This document shows, piece by piece, positions 43,781 to 64,000 of a DNA stretch of 64,000 nt. The translations under genes were made by a program, and so were the position numbers. The stretch spans positions 6,376,708 to 6,440,707 of the forward strand of contig CAVNZM010000017.1 of the NCBI GenBank assembly GCA_963693365.1, in the 5' to 3' direction. Below the pieces are notes generated by a model that worked only from the letters and a program-made list of their open reading frames with translations, searched no databases and was not told the DNA's origin. Numbering within the stretch: position 1 is the first letter of the stretch; each line of letters begins with the position of its first letter. This DNA is from Amoebidium appalachense (lineage: Eukaryota; Protista; Ichthyosporea).

Positions 43781-45594
43781 CTGCTGGCAAAAGGCAAGCA
43801 ATACTACCTCCACGCAACAAGCTACCTATCTAATAGATTCGGGCGTTAAAACATATGTATCATACATCCCTTTTTTTTTCTTTTTTTTTTTTTTTTTTTT
43901 TTTTTTTGTTTTTGGCCCATGGTCCGCGGCTTCTGTGAGCCTGCAGTGCATGGTAACACCCCAGCGATCACACATTCCAGGCATTCTTTGGATAACTCTG
44001 GAATGCAACACTGTGACTGTAGTCACTGTGTGTATGTACATGTTGCAAGCTGTCGATCGAGGTGTCAAATGCAATGTTTTTTGGCTTCGTTGCGTAGTGT
44101 TTTACAGGTGTTAGTAGCCTATAAATATTAGTGCTGTAGGTTGAAAGCTAATATTAGTGAACGATGCTTACATTTGCCCAGAGACTATCAACACGTAGCC
44201 AGATGCTGATGCTGCCAAAGCACATCTATATTTCATTACTTACCCTACACTCCACACACAAAGCCCGATCGAGCTAGCGAGACATCTGCAACACGTTTTA
44301 ATAATGCTAAAAACGTTAATCGCTGCGTGATTTAGAGCTCAAGACATTTTCGTCTTCAACGCAAGAGCGTTTGCAAGCGAGACGAAATACGACCCGTTTG
44401 TAGTTTATAGCACACATACTTTCGAAATTAAACATGCATGTTGTTAATCCATAGGGAAAAATGGGGAACATTCAGTCACCGCCTCCACCACCACCACCAC
44501 CACCGCCCATCCCACCACCTCCACCCCCGGATACGTATCGATCTTGTGAGTAAACAGATTCTGATGATCGGACCGTGTACTTGCATCTTTATGTCGCTTT
44601 TGTTCAGGAAGAGAACAAATTCTTACAGGCAAACGTGGAAAAAGGAAAAAAACAGGAGCACATATGCACGGATATGAATATGCACACACATAAAGCCTGT
44701 GCATAGTTGGCAAAATGAGAAAGCCTCTACACGTGCCCGCAACCTAACAAGCTCATCCACCTACACGGGTACACATTGCACAAGCACGTGCTACGTTCAC
44801 ACGTGTCTGTTCTAACTTACTCGCGCTACATATGCGCATGCCGGTACAAAATAGACACGAGCACATGCTATGCTAAGCACACACAAAACCACACACGCGC
44901 AGACACAGTCACACAAAAACGCCACCTACACGCACATGACTACACATCTCACGAAGACGCTACCCATGACACAAAAGATGTTATGACTACACAAGCGCAC
45001 ATTCCACGTGAATCCGGTAGTCCTTGCGCGTGAACCCTGTAAAAGCATCAAAGCAGATTTCATTTGTAAAAATGCTGCTCACACGCACATGACAAGTGAA
45101 TAATAATAATAATGAATGTCAAAATGCACACGGCCGCCACTGCGCTTCCTGCACACACACACACACACATGAGACACGAGTCCTCGACTGTAGTCAAGAA
45201 CACACGCTCTGAGACGGCTGCCTCACACACAGAAGCAAGGGAACACATTCATGTGCATATGACCCTCCCTATTCCCTTGTAACACACTGCACACACGGCT
45301 GTATGTGCCTAGATATACCCTGAAAAGCATGGAATCTCCAGAAACAATAACTCCGTGCACGTGTTCTCCAAAGTTTAACTCAAAAAGACGTGATCTACCT
45401 CTCAACCAAACCCCCCCCCACTCCCTCCTTACCCTGTGCTCCCCTTTTTCTTCTCCCCCTCCCCCCTCCCCCCTCCCCCCCATCCCCTTCCCCACGGGGC
45501 CTTGCCCAACCACCACGTCCGCCCTCTACCACATCCATGAAATACCAGACACATGATACACATGGTTGAATACTTACTCCTCGTTCCCCCCCAG

Positions 45595-47592
<1,998 letters not shown>

Positions 47593-47897
47593 CTCAGACA
47601 TACTAATATGAATATTTCGATTTCTCTTTGGAATTTTAATTTTTTAGACCTTCCGGTGTAAATGGGTCTTCGTAGGGTCTTTGCCGGTAGGGCTTGGTTG
47701 TAAGACCGTGAATCGAAGATTATGAGAGATGGTGGTGGGATGGGGGGGATGTGTGTGTGCTTGTATACAGTTTGTAAGGTGTGCAGGGAATGAGGGGAGA
47801 GGGAGGGAGGGAGGGGAAGGCCCCGGGGGGGGGGGGGGGGGGGGGAGGGGAGGTGAATGCACTAACGCGCGTAAATGGAAATGGCGAGGCGGAACAC

Positions 47898-48026
<129 letters not shown>

Positions 48027-48708
48027 TAGTATCTATTATTCAGTTGTTTCGCAATATAGATATATGGGGAGGACACTATAATCTGGCGTCTGACACTGTA
48101 ACCGGACCTGACGTATAACATGACTGAGGTTATTTGTACTTAATTAACAGTATCCTAGATTTATCTACCATCAAAATATGCATTAGTTCTCGTAGTCATG
48201 GTATTTATGGGAAGATTTCCCATTTATTAGCATTAGCAACTATACTACAGGATAGGTGGTGCTAGTTATCACTGATTATATTAATATATTCAATAAAACA
48301 GTATTGTGCTTTAATAGCTTTATATTCAACAAATAAACACATATTGTATGAATACCATTACTCCCGTCCTGTGCTCTCTTCACCAATGGTACATGTGCGG
48401 CTTTTCCAAGGGTTTTTGTTTCGACAGCAAGTACATGTGTATACGGAGCATGTGTTAGTGTGTGTGTGTTTGGGTGGGTGGGTGGGTGGGTGCATGTGTG
48501 TGTGTGCCTCTATGTGTGTACATGTGCGTGTGTGTGTGACTGACAGTCATGATTTGTGTTGTGGTGCATGTGTTTGTTTTGTGGGTCCATATGACGTGAG
48601 TGCATGTGTGCGTGTCGCTCTCCGTGTGTGTTGTGTGTGTGTGCATGTCACCGGTTTCTCTCCCTCTCCCTCTTAAACACACACACACGCACTCTCCCTC
48701 TCTCTATC

Positions 48709-48747
<39 letters not shown>

Positions 48748-48828
48748 CCCTCTTCCCCCCCCCTCTTCCTCCCTCACCATCCTCCTCCCCTCTCTCCCCC
48801 TCACCATCCCCCCCCCCCCTCCCTCTCA

Positions 48829-48901
<73 letters not shown>

Positions 48902-48995
48902 AGTACTGTCGGTGCTGTGTGGTAGACGGTAGTTTCCCTAGAGGGCCTGAAATGGCTCTCCGGGAACAAAACGTGATAAAATAAAAAATAAAAAA

Positions 48996-49111
<116 letters not shown>

Positions 49112-49182
49112 CCTCTCCCTCTCTCTTTCTCAGCCATTCTATTTCTCTCCATCTTCTAGAACCTTTCTCTCTCGCACACACA

Positions 49183-49263
<81 letters not shown>

Positions 49264-49636
49264 TAGATCTCTCCCCCCCCCTCTCTCTCTCTCCCTCCCT
49301 CTCTCTCTCACTAGTACTCTCTCTCTCTCCCTCCCTCCCCTCTCTCCTCTTTCTCTAGATCTTGCTCCCCATCTCTCTCCCTGCGATCACTCCCTCTCTC
49401 TTGCGTGTGTGCTCGCACGCGCGCTCTCTATCTCTCTGTATGTGTGTTCTCCGAGTGTCTGTGTGTGTGCGTCACCGTGTGTGCGCGCGCGCGCGTGTGT
49501 GTGTCTGCCACGGTCCACGTGTGTGATTCGAATATTTTGTGTTTATGTGCACCAAGTTCTGTGTGTGTGCACGTGTGTTTGTGTGTGTGCTTGTGTGTGT
49601 GCATGTGTTTGTGTGCGTGTGTGTGTGTGCGCGCGC

Positions 49637-49702
<66 letters not shown>

Positions 49703-50850
49703 CCCAATCGTGCTTGTGCATTTGTGTAACCAGGTGCACGTGATAAAATCACGTGGCGACTCAATCAACCAACCACGAAGGCAAGCCGTCGTTTTGATTG
49801 GCCATCGTGCTTATGGAATGCGAATCTTGGTATGCAGAATACTCGTACATGCATGTCGGAGCATTCAAATTTCTAAGGGGAAAAGAAACGACGATTATAA
49901 TGTTAGAATTATGTCGATGTGTTGAAAAGATTAGAATTTGGAACTGTTTCTTTACTATTCTGTTGTTTATTCGCTGTCGCCTTAGGCATTAGGGTGCTCC
50001 CTGTGGGCCAGTGAGTGCGTACGTCCCACGCAATGGTATAAATCAGGAATTCATCTCACATTCCTCATTATTCTGAGCCCTGTAACCAAATGAAACTGGT
50101 GATCGATCTGTGGCTAAGTCACATATCAGTTCAATTTAGTGCCCTGAGTTTGTTTTCATTTTCTGCTCGCATTTATATGCTGTTATCAATGGGTAGCAGT
50201 TATTAATCACACATGAAGACGGCGGCTTCAGTTCATATAAAGAAAAGAAAGGAAATGCCTGGAGAACAAACAGCCTCGGAATGGCCCAGGGGGTGAAATG
50301 ACAACCCAGCATTCCTCCGATAAAGAATATGCCAATTAAACGTTTTATTGACGCCCCAGTACGTACGAATGTTTTCTGTTAGACCAACTGTAGAAGTTAT
50401 GGTTTGTTTTATTTGTGATAACCTGCAACATGGTCATAATTGTTTCAAAGCTATACCATCTTGTATAGAATATAGTTTTGTGGACATGCATGCATATGGG
50501 GCTCTTGATCAAGTGCCTCTTTTGCCCATGTTTAAGGTCTAAACGTTGGTCTACCTCGTTATAAACCCAATGGATATCGATGGCGGCCTATTTTATTAGT
50601 TGGCATGTACATACTATATACATATCTGGGGTCTAAAAACTGTTGATGTTTGGGTACACAAACCTTTCTAAGGGATATATTTCGAGGCTCACGTTACTCT
50701 TTCTCGGATTTTAAATGAATATATAATCGTTGGAGGATCGATGACAATCGACGGCGGCCGAGTCAGCCTGCGGCAGTCACGCCCGTGATCTTTATCTTAT
50801 GTGTGGATTTCCCCAAGGCAAATAATTTTGATTTGGTCCAAGGGCGACCG

Positions 50851-51152
50851 TTAAAGGAGGTTTCTTTTAGGCCGATTAATTGCAACAATTCCAGCACATC
50901 CAGGTCAAGCCATTTATCCAGCATATAAATCATGATATGAACTGCAGTCTTATTCCAACGCTTTATTATTATTAATCCATTCTTATTTTCCTCTTTTTCT
51001 CTTTTCTTTTTCTTTTTTCTTGTATTATGGCGCATCTGTACCTTGCTTCCAGCCAAACCATGGTGCGCAATTGATGCGCAGCAAACCAATCATATAGCTA
51101 GAATCGCCTCTGACCCGACCTGGCCCGAAAAGCTAAAAGAAGCCCCCTTTAA
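50851..51152. mobile_element. Kolobok-type MITE (family K1), TTAA target site
   Basis: TTAA-AGGAGGTTTCTTTTAG...CTAAAAGAAGCCCCCT-TTAA; body homologous to the 55640, 57886 and 61628 copies. Confidence 0.75.
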
Positions 51153-51794
51153 CCGTGATGTCTTTTCCCTGGGGACCGCATATAACCTACACAGTACAAC
51201 TAAAATATTTCAGCGCCCTATCTAATAAACACATATACAGTGCTCATGCACATATGAATTAGAACACTAGTTCTCAATGTAATATTAATCCCTCGTCATT
51301 TTCCTTTTAAATTACGCCGACTTATCATAGGATTCAATATCCCTTCGGACCGGGTTTCTTTTTGGCTGTATTCCCCCGTTGCAATGGTCATTCAATGAGC
51401 TCGAGTCAAGGCGTTGCACACGTCGATAACCATTTTTCATTTTGTAGGAGATATTAAAGGTTATTTTGGCAAACTTAGATATATCGATTCTACTTAAACC
51501 TCGCTGTACACTGTGACGTGGCAACAAGGACATGTCCCACGTTTAGTGCTTGTGCTCATGTCACCACCATCACACACACAGTAACACAGCTATAACACAC
51601 ACCACTTCACCCAGATTCGGCCTGTGTACAATGTTATTTCATCATCATTTTTACTAGGCAGTCACATGGAAAACAAGGGCGCAAACGTTTCATGGAGTGG
51701 GCAAAAATTACGACGTGCACATGCAGACGTTCGCATGCACAGCACACATAGGAAAGGGGGGCGCTTCGTGGTGTGTCACAGAATCTAAGCTAAT

Positions 51795-63716
<11,922 letters not shown>

Positions 63717-64000
63717 GTGCGTTTACCGCTACCATGACCTGTTTGACTGTGCTTGCGCTTTCGTGCTTGCACTTTGATGTTTTTGTTTGTGTTTTGTGTG
63801 GTGGTGCATGTGTCCTAGTGTGCATGTTGTGTTGCGTGTTTAGAAGCACAATACTATCTATGTGGTTGAGTTACCAAGTTATCGGCGGAAGAAAGTCTTT
63901 CTCAGAATGCACGCCTTACGATCCCTACTTTGAGGTTGTATTGTCCATGCTCATGTGTATGTCCCCCCCCCCCCCCTCCCCCCCCCCCCCCCCCCCCCCC

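Overview
Eukaryotic genomic DNA, very rich in (CA)n/(TG)n, (GA)n/(TC)n and poly-C/poly-G tracts, with many short GT-AG exons. Almost all long ORFs in the supplied track are microsatellite artefacts. Genes assembled by hand from splice sites and reading phases: (1) an intronless 664-aa type I membrane protein (minus, 2877-4871) with a beta-helix-like N-terminus and a ZP-protein-like C-terminal layout; (2) a weakly supported minus-strand multi-exon gene (~9355-10926); (3) a 17-exon mitochondrial Xaa-Pro aminopeptidase (XPNPEP3/Icp55-like, 13383-28196) with an apparent 1-nt deletion near 27600; (4) UFM1 with an intronless CDS (minus, 29390-29668), head-to-head with (5) a 16-exon PHF10/BAF45a-like gene carrying an extra third PHD finger (30664-43173); (6) two tandem LCCL + calcium-binding-EGF genes, the second built from a long array of mostly 123-nt phase 1-1 EGF exons that runs off the window. 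Introns contain TTAA-flanked Kolobok-type MITEs, a hairpin-ended insertion, and about ten 5'-truncated copies of a repeat that sits in poly-C runs and carries a covarying pseudoknotted RNA structure (candidate Penelope-like retroelement with a possible ribozyme). The host taxon cannot be determined from sequence alone; an opisthokont is a plausible guess. No database searches were run, so all family calls rest on recalled motifs.
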